From: Puccinia triticina
Lineage: Eukaryota
Assembly: GCA_026914245.1 (NCBI GenBank)
Contig: CP110439.1
Coordinates: 4,960,001 to 5,024,000 of the forward strand
Direction: 5' to 3'
Length of the DNA stretch: 64,000 nucleotides
Positions 14,974-27,136 of this stretch are shown in pieces; within the stretch, counting starts at the first letter, position 1; the number at the start of each line of letters is the position of its first letter. The notes under the pieces were generated by a model that searched no databases, was not told where the DNA came from, and saw only the letters and a program-made list of their open reading frames with translations. Both the position numbers and the translations under genes were made by a program.

Positions 14974-17900
14974 ATGTCAGACGTTGATGTTGAAGACAAA
15001 TTGAGCCAATCTTCAATTGGGAAACTCGATGACCTCAACTATCCGTTGTGGTCAATAAGAATGAGAACCTATCTTAAAAGTAAGAACCTCTGGGAAGTCG
15101 TCACGGGCGAGGGAACCAACTCTCCAAGCAAGAAAAAGATTAAGACCACCGCGAATATCTTGATCAGTCACCTTAGCGAAGTCGTATTACAGGCTGTCGT
15201 GACAATCAAAAATGAAGAGAAACCAGAAGAAATCCGGAATGCTATTGTCGATTGTTACGCCTCTTTGTTGGTGAAAAACAAAGCTTGTATTTGGTTGAAA
15301 TTCATGCGCTACAAGTACGGCAGAAATCTTAAGGACTATCTTCTCGATTGCCAGAAAATGATTCGAGATTTTGCCATAGTTCAACTCGGAATCCCAGACA
15401 ATATTATCTCAATCTTGGTCCTTGCAAAATTATCCAGAGACTATTGGAATGTAGTCAACAATATCATCATGAATGAGTCAGTAATTTTCTTTCCTAGCCG
15501 TACTCTTCAAAAATTACAAGAACTTGTCTACATGAAGGAGACTGGAGCTGTTGCTACTACTTCCACCTCTAAAACCAATACAAACTCGAAGGTCATCAAG
15601 GATACCGCTTCAGCCTACAAATTTGAAGCTAACAATAAATCCAAGAAACCAAAACCAGCTCATCCGTGCTCCAACGGCAAACATAATCCGTTGGCCTATC
15701 ATCCTGCCTGGTGTTGCTTCAAACTTACGGCAGCCAAGCGTGATGCTTTGCGACCAAAAGATCCAGAAGCTCATCTAGCTTCAGCTGAAGATGATACCTC
15801 AATCGATGAAGTCTCCGCTGAGGATGAGTTCGACATCGTGGAGGTGGTCGCTTTTGTAATCAGTTCAACTAATGGCGGCGTCACTCCGGTTTTAGATTCA
15901 GGAGCGTCTCATCATATGGTGAACGACTTATCTATGTTCACCAAAATCAAAGATGTCAACATAAAAATCTATACCAGAAATCAAAGCCAACATGTGACTG
16001 CTGTTGCTGTCGGGGAGATAACTATCCTGGACGACTTTGGATCCCGCGTAAAACTGAACAACGTTTTATATGCTCCCAGCCTTCATCAACCTCTCATCTC
16101 GATGCATTGATTATTCAGTAAGATGACCTCTCTTTCAAAAGATTCCGACAAGTTTAAGATAAACTTCAACAAAAAATTTAGCTTGTCCGGTAATATCAAT
16201 TACAATATCTTAGAATTATCAAATTCTTTTGAAGTAATCAATCCTATTGCTTCGTACTGCTCTGCGCCCAAAGTTGACTGGCACGTTAGGCTTGGCCATC
16301 CCAGCTTCCCTTATCTCAAAAGAATCGTACCTGATTGTGAAGAGGTCGATTGCAAGACTTGTAAGATGTGTAAGGGGGTGAAAAAGCCGTTTCTTGGTAG
16401 GTTTGCTCCAACCAGCAAAGTCCTAGAAGCCATTCATTTGGATCTGGTTGGACCCTTTCAGACGAGATCAGTCGCTGGAGCCCAATATTTCTTAACTATT
16501 GTGGATCAACATTTGGGTCTCAAATGTGTCAAACTTTTGAAACACAAGACCGAGACTCTGAATAAATTCAAAGACTTTGTTCTTTGGGCGGAAAACCAAA
16601 CTGGTGAAACGGTAAAAAGGATTATCTCGGATAATGGTGGAGAATTTAAGAGCATCTTCTTTGAAGACTTTTGTTGAAATAGAGGGATCTCTCAGCAATT
16701 CGCACCAGCGTACACTCCAGAAAATAATGGAATGGCTGAACAATCAAAATGTGTGATCCTGACAAAGCCAGATGCATTTTTGCTCAAGCGAATCTATCAG
16801 CTTGTTACTGGGCAGAGGCTGTTGTTACGGCAACGGATCTCTGTAATCTTCTCCAGTCCACTACTCAAAATTTCTCAGTACCCTATGAGACTTTCTTCAG
16901 GGAAAAAGTTTGACATCTCAAAATTACGTCCATTCGGTTGTCTCGTGTATCTGTTAATTCCAGAAGCCGTGTGAGTGAATAAGTTGTCTCCACAATCTGA
17001 AAAAGCCATTTTTCTAGGCTATGCCAATGATTTTTTGACATACCGTTTCATCAGAGTTGAATCCAAAACAGTCTGTACTAGTCAAAACGTAACATTTGAC
17101 AAAACAGTATTTCCGTCTTTGGCAAACAAGAGCTTGGACCAATCCAGCTATTTCTTTAATCCTTTTGAAGTCATAGCCAAGACCAATGATGATGACGTGG
17201 ATCAATTTCAACCCTTTCCTCACCAAGAAGTTCCTCAAGAGTCTGTTTCTGCTGAACCAACATCAAACCGCGCTCCAAATGAAATAATAGGAGATGTATC
17301 TTCTGAGAACATACTGTCTCATCGTCGGAGGGGGGTACCAGAATCTTTCAACGCTGAAACATCTTCTTCCAACAATAAAACACTCTCATACAATCAAGTA
17401 ATGATGCGGGCCAACAAATAAAAATGGACGCTAGCTCTATACAAGGAGAAAACTAATATGGAGAGCTATGAAGTCTGGGATATCATTGATAAAAGTCAAG
17501 ATGATAAGCCTTTGAACTGCACTTGGGTCTTTAAGATCAAACCGGAATCTTCTAATCAAACTGAAGAATATAAGGCCTGACTATGCGTTCAAGGATTCAA
17601 CGAAGTCTTTGGCAAAGATTACCGCTTCACTTTTGTGCCAACGGGCAAATTAGTTTCTCTTCGTCTACTTATCACGTTTGCGCTTCAACATAACCTTCAA
17701 TTTCATCAGATTGATGTTAAATGCGCCTTCGTGAATGCTCCAATAAGGGAACGTATTACCTTAAATCCTCCGCCTGGCTTTGATGTGCCATTGGGCAAAG
17801 TCATTCTTCTGAAAAAGGCACTCTACGGTCTTAAACAAGCACCAAAGGAGTGGCATTTGACTCTATCCTCCTGGTTGCTATCGGTCGGATTTAATTGTAG

Positions 17901-19359
17901 CTACGCCAAACCATGCGTTTTCTGGTCGTCAAATACCTGGTTATATGTTCATTTCAACAATATTGCTATCTTTAGCAAGGAACCAGAAATCTTTAAAAAA
18001 TTGATCCAAAAACGTTTCAAGATCAAAGATCTCGGTAGCGCAATGCATCTTCTTGGGATGAAAGTTTCTCAATCCCCTGAGTCGGTTCACCTAACACAGA
18101 CTCACTATATTGAAGAAACTTTGTTCCAATACAATTGCGATTCTCTAGCGCCGCTTGCTACTCCAATCAACGGTGGGTCGCTACGCTACACTACGCTACA
18201 GGGCCACTTAGCGTTAGCGTAGCGGCAAAAAGCGCCCGCCCATTTTGAGTAGCGTTAGCGCGCTGTTAGCACCGCTACGCTGCGCTACATTTCAGCGGCG
18301 CTAACAGGGCGGCAATTGTTTGATAGTGTTAGCGCGCCGCTACAGTCACTACGCTACGTTACGCTGCGCTACAGCACTTTTAGCGGAAAAAAAGGCCTTT
18401 TTTTAAGCTAAAAGCACTGTGGTGCACCATAGCGCGCGCTCTTTTGCGCCCTGCGTGTGTAGCGTTAGCGCAATTGCGCGCATCTGCGCTAACGCTACTC
18501 TAACAGCTAAATTAGCTGCGCACCCTTTGCGCGTAGCGTTAGCGCAGAGAAGGCGCAATCCGCTAACGCTACGCTACAATTTAGCGGAATTCCACTACGC
18601 TACAGTTAGCTTAGCTGGCCCACCGTTGCTCCAATGAAACCCAATTCACATCTTGTCAAGGCATCTCAATGCGAAATTGAAGAACTCAATAAGCTTAATG
18701 TTTGTTATTGAGGTCTAGTTGGAGCTCTGAGCTATCTAAGTGTAACAACCAGACCCAATATTACATACACAGTCGGCTGTCTGTCTCAATTCCTAAAGAA
18801 TCCAGGAATACTTCACTGGAATGCCGCAGTTCATTGTCTGTGATATCTTAAAGGTTCTAAGGATTTTGGCATTACTCTTCAAAAAACTCCAACAGATCAA
18901 TCCGAGTTTGTCTCTTATGTTGATGCTAGTTGGGCAAGTTGCCCTATTACAAGCAAATCTACAACAGGTTATTTAATTCATTGGAACAAAAACTTGATCT
19001 CCTGGCGCTCTAAGAAACAATCCACTACTTTGCTGTCATTAACAGAAGCAGAATACATAGCAATTACCGAAGTTACTAAAGAACTTCTCTGGCTCAAGAT
19101 GGTTTCCAACTCTGCTCTAAAAATTCAAATCAATCTTCCATTCAAGATTTTCAAAGACAATCAAGGCGCCATCATGCTGGCAAATAACAAAAAAAATCAC
19201 TCGGCATTTAAGACAAAACACATGAATTTACAATATCATTTTGTGCGAGCTGAAATAATAGCGGAAACAATTTCACTCGTATTCAAAAGAACACATCTCA
19301 TGTTGGTGGATTTTCTCACCAAATCCATCAGAAGGTCATCAATATTTAAGGTGCTTTGA
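14974..19359 (+). pseudogene. Copia gag-pol polyprotein with premature stops and a MITE insertion
   Basis: NYPLWSIRM gag, VLDSGASHHM protease, WHVRLGHP..C..C and DLVGP/SDNGGEF integrase, ALYGLKQAP RT, SWRSKKQ..EAEY RNase H. Confidence 0.93.
18168..18628. mobile_element. TAGCG-repeat MITE with 7-bp TSD (P-element-like), inserted in copia RT
   Basis: TIR CAACGGTGGG / CCCACCGTTG; TSD CTCCAAT; removing it restores the RT frame LATPMKPN. Confidence 0.9.
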
Positions 19360-19410
19360 GTCTTACGAGCTGGTATGCCCCCTCCCTGACGGGCTTGGTG
19401 CACGGGGGTG

Positions 19411-19939
19411 TGTTGGATTTTGTCTGTTGTCTCTTACGGTTTGTGGTCACGGTGCGCTCTCTTACGGTTTATGGTCACGGTGCGCCTGGGACGATGCGGT
19501 GCACAGCGAGTGCGATGACGTCAAGAGAGCCACGAGTGCTCATACTTCATTCCTAGAGCAGTTGACCGTCCTCCTTATGACGCTGTTGACCGTCCATCAA
19601 TTTTTCCTTCCTCATCTTGACCACCACTCCTCAAACCCGCGACCATTCAACTTCATCCTTCGTCGTGTCCGCGGTTTACTCGTCGAGGTCCTCAGTCTAG
19701 GCCAGCTGTTTACAGGTTCTTATTCTTTTACTTCTTCTTCTTTCTGACCGTAGTTTTCCAGATTTCTGATCACTCTTATTTTATCATTAGCTTGAAAGTC
19801 CTAGTGTGTATTTTTGGTTCTGGTATCTATTGTTCTCATTCTCAATCTTAGTTCCTGTTTTATTAGGTAAAACTATTTCTATTGTATTTCTTTATTTTCT
19901 TTTTACTGAAATCAATGTTTTATTAGCCAAATCTTCTCA
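19411..19939 (+). repeat. 3' LTR of copia element
   Basis: Matches 14400-14928; followed by TSD GATAT. Confidence 0.95.
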
Positions 19940-20573
19940 GATATCACATTTGATTGTGCGGTTAACAAGGAAGTTGAGGGTACCTGAGTTCCTCTCAGGT
20001 CTCGTTACGTAGTACTCCTTTCTCAGTTAAAGGGTCGGACATCGAGCAAGACTAGTTAGTGGTAGTCCACAATTGAATCTGCGGCCGATGGGGCTTACCC
20101 GCGTCATCGCCCCCCACATGTTACTGCGTTCTATACTCTCATGTTAATTTGAGCGATCTCGGCCTCTCGAATGGCCTTTCTGAGAGCCTTCCACTTGTAC
20201 TGCTTCGGGCGGGTCACCGCCAGCAACCTTCTCAGAATGTTGTGCGCTTTAGAAGCTTCAACAATTTTAATGCGGATGTCTCTTTTGTTGTAGGCTTGAA
20301 TATAAGGGTTTTCTGTGGTGTGTGCTTGTAGGGTTGCTTGGTCGTGGCATCTGCCGAGACACAAAGGCTGTGTGCTCCTCACAGCACATCGCAGTAATTG
20401 TTGCTGTGTATAGACAGCTAGCTTCTGAGTTCTGCCCCGCCGGAACTGCCGTGGCCCATGAGCCCAGTCTTCATATCTGCTCCCAAAGGAAGACTATCAA
20501 GTCTGCCGGGCTGGTATGAGTACCACAAGTCCGTCGATTTCCATTGGACTTATTTGCAGCCCGAGTTTGAAAA

Positions 20574-22404
20574 ATGCCCATTTGGCTTCCTAGTTTGGCC
20601 GGCTGTCTTGCCCCGACACTCGGAGGTTTTACTCATCTTTTGCCACCTTCGAAAGTTCCCAGTCAGTCATGTCTCCTTACTCCCCCTCCCTTCGCATAAA
20701 TCCGACTTGATATCTGGGCGAGTGGCGGTTTGGATATAATTCTTATTTTCGACTTGATCTCAACCTGGATGGACTCTCCTAAACGTTAACAATGTCTGCA
20801 GATATTGTAGATGATACCAAGTCGAAAGGAAAGCAGCAAGTAAGCAAGTCTCAGGGAGGTATCGATGATGCGAAGGCCCAAATCAGCTCAGAAGTTGAAT
20901 ACCTGAGATCTAAAGTGGCACCTGCATTCTCCGACATCGGTGGCGCTTCCAAATCTAGTCCGGAGCTCCATTCATCAAAGTACTACGCGGCTTGTATCTC
21001 AGCTGGTGTAGCTGCATGCGGCCTCACCCATGCCCTAGTCACTCCTCTCGATCTAGTCAAATGTCGAAGACAAGTCAACTAATTTCCTTTCATCCTTTCA
21101 TCCTTTACATCAGCTTGGTATGTATCATGCCTTATGGGGGACAAAACCCGCTAATATATTTCCTATTACTTGCGGCGGCGTTAGGTTGATAAGGCGCTTT
21201 ACAAAGGAAACTTCGATGGCTGGAGTAAGATTTATAACTCGGGAGGATTAAGCGCACTCTAGTGAGTGATATCGTGTTGATCATACGTCTTCTCTAGATG
21301 GTCTAAAGAGCTCATCTGCTATCCATCTCGACACTCATGGAGTACTGGCGTAGGTCCCACCTGGATTGGTTACTCTGTCCAAGGCGGTTGTAAATACGGG
21401 TTTTATGAGTATCTCAAGAAGAAGTGAAGTATTTTTCCTCTAGTCGTGATGTTCTTAGAGCAATGTCTTTACTATCTTCCTGCCTCAACACAAAACACAA
21501 TTAAGATATGCGGACGCCGTTGGACCAGTGAATGCCGTGAAATACAAAGATGCAATATATCTAGCGGGCTCAGCCTCGGCTGAACTGATTGCTGATGCGG
21601 CCTATGTGCCGCTCGAAGCCGTCAAGGTGCGAATGCAAACCACGATCCCGCCATTCGCCAGCGGTACCGTGGACGGATTCAAGAAGTTCACTGCTGTCGA
21701 AGGTATCGGTGGACTGTACAAGTCCCTTGGATCGCTTTGGACTCGCCAGATCCCGTACACTATGATGAAGTTCTGGTCCTTCGAAGCTACTGTCACCAAG
21801 ATCTACGCTTCACTCGGAAAGCCCAAGGACTCTTACAACAAAGTAAGACAATGCAAGACTTTTTTCTTCATCAAAGCGACTATAACGATTTCCTGATCAC
21901 TAGCACTACTGGCGTTGAATGTCTATTTTGACTCTAGCTTCAGCAATTGGGGGTGTCTTTTGTTGGTGGCTATTTTGCCGGCATTTTCTGCGCTGTTGTC
22001 TCGCAGTGAGTTCAAGCATTTCAGGTCAAAAATCGTCCCCCCTTAACTTGGCCGCTAAGATTCTTCGGGGGTTTATTTTTCTTCTTCTTACAAGTCCCGC
22101 CGATACTATGGTGTCAAAGTTGAATGCAGTTGGTAAGGAGGGCTCATCAAAGCCTACAGTCCGTTCAATCTACAATGAAATTGGATTCGGAGGGCTCTGG
22201 GCTGGTCTCGGTACCCGTATCATGATGATTGGGACTCTGACGGCTTTGCAATGGTACGCGCCCTCAACCTAGCACTTCATTGATTCAAAATGAGGGACAA
22301 CTGATCCACAAAAAATCATTCGTACTTTCAGGCTTATCTATGATTACGTGAAAGTTTCTTTCGGATTCCCCACCACTGGATCAGCTGAACCTATCAAAAA
22401 GTAA
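20574..22404 (+). CDS. Mitochondrial phosphate carrier, PIC2/SLC25A3-like, paralog A (multi-exon, appears intact)
   Basis: THALVTPLDLVKCRRQV, GYSVQGGCKYGFYE, VPLEAVKVRMQT, RQIPYTMMKFWSFE, PADTMVSKLN, MIGTLTALQW. Start inferred from N-terminal homology to paralog B (MPIWLPSLAGCLAPTLGG vs MASLANSLTPSIGG). Confidence 0.92.
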
Positions 22405-22771
22405 AACAGAAAAACTATATATAACTCTTGAACTTCTTGTCATAATCCCCACGCATCCAATTCCGCCTTTGGTGAAAGATGGAACCCGGAAATCATATAA
22501 AACCGATGGTTTCGGCGCGGATGCCCTCCCCCCAAAATATGAAAGAAGCCTGGAATGCCTTGAATGGAGGCGTCCAAGTGTAAATGGCCTGGGCAACAGT
22601 GATTGCTCGCGGATTGCGCCGTAGCTTTGGCACAGGCACAGTCTGATAGTCGAGCTAACTTTACTAGCAAACAATGCTGGGTAAGGAAGGCCGAAGCTCG
22701 GAAATTCCGTGCCAGTCCGCAACCCATCTGCTGTGGTATTCGTATGGTCAATACATTGCGCAACACCGAGC

Positions 22772-22885
22772 GCCTTCGTGGCTCAGCTGGTTAGAGCGCC
22801 GGTCTCATATCTGTTCCTCAGGTACAATGTGATTGTCATCAGACAAGTCATCCGGAGATCGCCAGTTCGATCCTGGCCGAGGGCA
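22772..22885 (+). tRNA. tRNA-Met(CAT), elongator type, with 40-nt intron (22810-22849)
   Basis: Acceptor GCCTTCG/CGAGGGC, D arm GCTC..GAGC, anticodon CAT at 22806-22808, intron after position 37, T arm GCCAG-TTCGATC-CTGGC, downstream T5 run; G1 and TTC indicate elongator rather than initiator. Confidence 0.93.
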
Positions 22886-23267
22886 GTAATTTTTGCTTTT
22901 CGCAGATGTGATTCTTGTTTTTCGATCCGATTGAGTTGATGGATATGCTTAGAAGATTATAAAAACAAAGTAATGATGACACATGAATGCAGCTGGCATG
23001 ACAGACTGAGCCAGTCCCGCCATTCTAGGAGAAACCCTCCGCGGCTGCTTGGGCGAGAAATTATCACGCTCCGGCTGAGGAGGCGCGGAGGCAAGGGCTA
23101 AAAGACGCGTGCAGACATGACTATAATGTCGAAGAGCATCATAGGATGTTTTGAAGGCAGGAAGATGATGTTTAAATTTTGATTTCAAAGGGTGCAAAAC
23201 TACGATGTATGGGGACAAGCGGTGATTATGGTACTTCAAAAAAACAAACATTGAGATACTATGATCC

Positions 23268-25017
23268 CTACTTCTTTTGAGGTTCAGCTGAACCAGTGGT
23301 GGGCAATCCAAATGCAACCTTGACATGGTCGTAGATGAGCCTAAATGACGAATGCTGTGAGTGAGTGTCTTGGTCATGGGGGATCGATGAAAGGAATACA
23401 TACCATTGTAGCGCGGTCAAAGTACCGATCATCACGATACGGGTTCCGAGACCAGCCCAGAGACCTCCGAATCCGATTTCCTTGTAGATCGAGCCAACAG
23501 TGGGTTTGGCAGAGCCCTCCTTACCAACAGCGTTCAACTTGGAAACCATGGTATCAGCGGGGCTGGTGACATGGAAGAACGTCAGCAGTCATGATAAATG
23601 ATATGGCTGGGAGGGAGGTAGATGGAATAGTCGAACTCACTGAGATACAACAGCACAGAAAACACCGGCGATGTAGCCACCAACGAAAGAGACACCCAAT
23701 TGTTAAAGCTGTGACCAAGGCAATGAATAATCAGGGAATGTTGCTGATGGTCAGACGCACGAAAGAACACAATTTCGGCTGCTCACCTTGTTGTAAGAGT
23801 CTTTAGGTTTACCGAGCGAAGCGTAGATCTTGGTGACAGTAGCTTCGAACGACCAGAACTTCATCATAGTGTACGGAATTTGACGAGACCAGAGCGATCC
23901 AAGGGACTTGTAGAGGCCGCCGGTACCTTCAACAGCGACGAACTCCATCGACCATTCCAGTGGCAAAAGGCGGGATCGTGGTCTGCATTCGGACCTTGAC
24001 GGCTTCGAGTGGGACATAGGCGGCATCAGCAATCAGCTCGGCGGAGGCAGAGCCGGCCAAGTAGATCGCGTCTTTGTATTTGACGGCATTGACAGGTCCA
24101 ACGGCATCGGCGTATCTTCAGACAGGGAGAGACCGTTAGTCCGTCGGATTGACTAGCGCATTACCAGGGGTAATACGAGGAAGCGCAGGGGTGTCCAGAA
24201 GACTTACTTTTTCTTGAAATACTCGTAGAAACCATATTTACAGGCACCTTGGACCGAGTAACCAACCCAGGTGGGACCAATACCGGTACTAGAGGAAGGA
24301 ATAAGCAGATTAGCTGTCCGGGTATCTGGGTAAAGGTGGCAAGAGGCAGTGGCTTACTAGAGTGCGCTTAGTCCACCCGACTTGTAGATCTTGCTCCATC
24401 CGTCCATGTTACCTTTGTAAAGGGTCTTGTCCACCTGAATGATTGAGTGGGGAAGATCGGAGAGGATTCAGTGGGTTGGTTCCGATCATGCGCGATAAGC
24501 AGTCGATGACAATACTGGACAAGTTGCATACCTGTCTTCGGCATTTGACCAAATCAAGTGGAGTGAGAAGAGCGTGGGTGAGACCACAAGCGAGTACACC
24601 ACCACCGGCACAAGCAGTGTAGTACTTGGTCGAGTAGAGTTCGATGCTGGCTTTTGAAGCGGCACCGACACCGGTGGCGGAAGCCACCTTGGATCTCAAT
24701 GCATCGGCCTCTGAGCTGATTTTGTCCTTCGCACCTTCGATACCTTCTTTGGATTTGCTTTCGAGTTGCTTTGCCTTTGACTTGGCATCATTGACAATGC
24801 CTGGAGTGGTGCAAATCAAAATGGTCAGAACACATGCTTGACTACAGGAATATACCAATCGAAACCACGCCAGCGAAGAGATCGGAAGGGATAAGAGAGA
24901 CAGAGAGGAAATTGGCTTACTTGCAAGCTTCAAAGAGGGGAAAGGCGTGTTGAGACCGCCAATCGAAGGGGTGAGAGAGTTGGCCAGAGAGGCCATGTTG
25001 GGGAACAAGAGCGACAT
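23268..25017 (-). pseudogene. Mitochondrial phosphate carrier paralog B with an 8-nt frameshifting deletion near 23943
   Basis: Same motifs and intron positions as paralog A. Reads GAT GGA G TTC GTC GCT where A reads GAC GGA TTC AAG AAG TTC ACT GCT, giving a stop four codons later. Confidence 0.8.
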
Positions 25018-25853
25018 CCTTGAACCTCAGGATTGGTAGGACGAAGTGGTTTTCCAGCAGAGAGTCTATGTAGAGTTCTATTGAGTGGTCAGCTCTCGTG
25101 GGCCGAGGGGGAGTGCACTGTGTGGTCAACAGCACGATCGATCGTCGCGAGGACCCCTTCGGAGGGCCGACCCGGCACCCGCCCGCAGCATCCGGGAGCA
25201 CACGGCAGCGCCTGGCCTCGCCTGGCGCAGCACTCTCAAGCCCCCCAACCCCTCCGCGCCACACACACAACCCTAACCTCAACGGGACTCCCACTATAAA
25301 AACCCCGCCCTGGCCCGGCGTTGGGTCCAGCTAAACGCAATCATGTCAAATTACCCTCCTTGTTTGGAAGTCTCACTTCAACTCATCATCAGCTCTGGAG
25401 GGCGCCGAAGCATTGCGGAGAGCGACTTGGCTTCAGCTGGCTTCCGTCGGCTTGTCATCCCGGACCATCTCAACGCCCTTCTCGAACAGATCGGTTGGAT
25501 GTGCGCAAGCTCATCCATCACCTTTCTCTGTCCGTGGGCTGGTAGATCCAACAACCTTTGCCCATCCAGCTATCTCAAACTGTTGTAAATACATAGTCGG
25601 TGGTATTTCAGAGAAATGTATATCCACCTCTTTGATTTTGCTAGTCTCTCAAAAATTTCAAAAGACATGGCACCGCTTTCGCGCAAGGGCATCCTGGCTG
25701 GATAGCCTTGCAAGTGGAGTCATGGTGTTTGCTTGGGAATAGATGATGTGGTTGACTCAGAGAAGCAAACTTGATGTATACATACATGTGTGTCCAAGGG
25801 ATTAAGCAAAGGAAAGGAAAGAAACTACACATGGCGGTATGAGAGGGAGATTA

Positions 25854-27136
25854 TCAAAAAATCAAGCATTGTTCAGGATTTGGCATACCGTCCTCGCCAA
25901 ACACGCCTATTGTCGGACAAGTAGCAAAAAAAAGTATTTATTGATCAGCTCCAAGGACCAGCCATAAGACGGACGGGGCAGGCGTACCAGCAGGCATATC
26001 GCCCAAGATTTCTTTTGGGGGTGGACCGCAATCTTGCATTTTGGTCAGGAGCTCGATGACTTCCTTCTGGCGAGAAATGAATTTTTCTCCTCCAGCTTTT
26101 TCTTCTGCATCCCAACTGGGATCCTCAAATTTTTCGATGACTTGTCCGATGATCTTCGATTGAGTTTCGTACCTCTTCAAGTCTTCGGGAGACAGTTTGC
26201 TTCGGTTCTCGTTCAGCCAATCCGGGAACTGATGTTGGTGTGTTTGATCGAAATTAGTTGATGATGAGGCCGGTAACGTAGACTAAGGGGAAGGGACGCA
26301 GGAACGCACTAATCGACTCATGTCTTTGAGGGGCTCGTACATGATTTCCTTCGACATCAATTCTTCCATGAATGACTGTAGAATCGTTTGCAGTTGGTTT
26401 TCGTCCGGTAATCCGTTTTCGCCGGACATCATTTTTTCGAATAAGGCCGAGATATTTTCATCTTCGGAAGGAGCACTTTTTGCCTAGTGTGAAGATAATA
26501 AACAGATAGAAATGAAGTCAGTCCTGAGTTCCTAGTGTAGCAATAGATATGTTGATCTTGGATTCTAGGCGTATACTAAGGTTCTTGACATGCAAAAGCA
26601 GCGTATAGTTATCAAACCTGATGAGAATAAATAATGAGTATTCGAAGTTATACTTTAGCAGAATCGTGCGATTGCTTGAGTTTCTCCATGGTTTCCTGAA
26701 TAGCCTCTTGAAAGTTTTTAGTCTCAGTTTCGGGTTGTTCGGCAGGGTTTGAAGAGGATGATTGGTTCGAGCTGGATTCTTTCTGGTTGAGGGCATCGAG
26801 TAAGTCGCTAGCTCCATTGAGGCCGCCATCGACAGAGACAAGCGCTTCGAGATGCTTTTTGAACTCGCCCCCGTCTTCGTCCTTCATCCCTGCTAGTAAG
26901 GCTTCCATTCCCTCGGCAAGATCTCGCGCAAAGTCGTCGGATATCTCCTGGCCCGGCCAATCAGCCTCTTCTGCGTCATCCGGCTTCGTGCTCCCCGCCG
27001 ATTTGTCTTTCTTATGCGACCCTTCTTCTTGCTTCGCTTCCGAGGGCGATTTGAATTTGTCCAGTAGATCGTCAAAATCGTCCTCCATGTCGTCCTCGAT
27101 CGACACACCGTTGATCACCGTCTTCTCGGAACTCAT
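25854..27136 (-). CDS. PEX19: Peroxin 19, peroxisomal membrane protein import receptor (multi-exon)
   Basis: N-terminal DDFDDLLDKF, LMSKEIMYEPLK, MQDCGPPPKEILGDMP, C-terminal CaaX box EQCLIF*. Confidence 0.93.

Larger units (their letters stand above)
14400..19939 (+). mobile_element. Full-length Ty1/copia LTR retrotransposon (inactivated)
   Basis: 529-bp LTRs at 14400-14928 and 19411-19939 (TG..CA); 5-bp TSD GATAT; G-rich tract before the 3' LTR; gag-PR-IN-RT-RH domain order. Confidence 0.96.

Noticed and set aside
14392..15004. Hydrophobic ORFs duplicated at 19427-20012
   Set aside because: Translations of T-rich LTR sequence.
20040..20400. GGGGCTTAC motif (RNase MRP-like) and an 83-aa basic minus-strand ORF
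   Set aside because: No matching upstream GAAAGTCCCC-type partner strand seen, and the ORF has no recognisable motif or gene structure.
25290..25588. TATAAAA followed by an 81-aa ORF between carrier B and PEX19
   Set aside because: No recognisable domain or introns; cannot be distinguished from a chance ORF in a GC-rich promoter.
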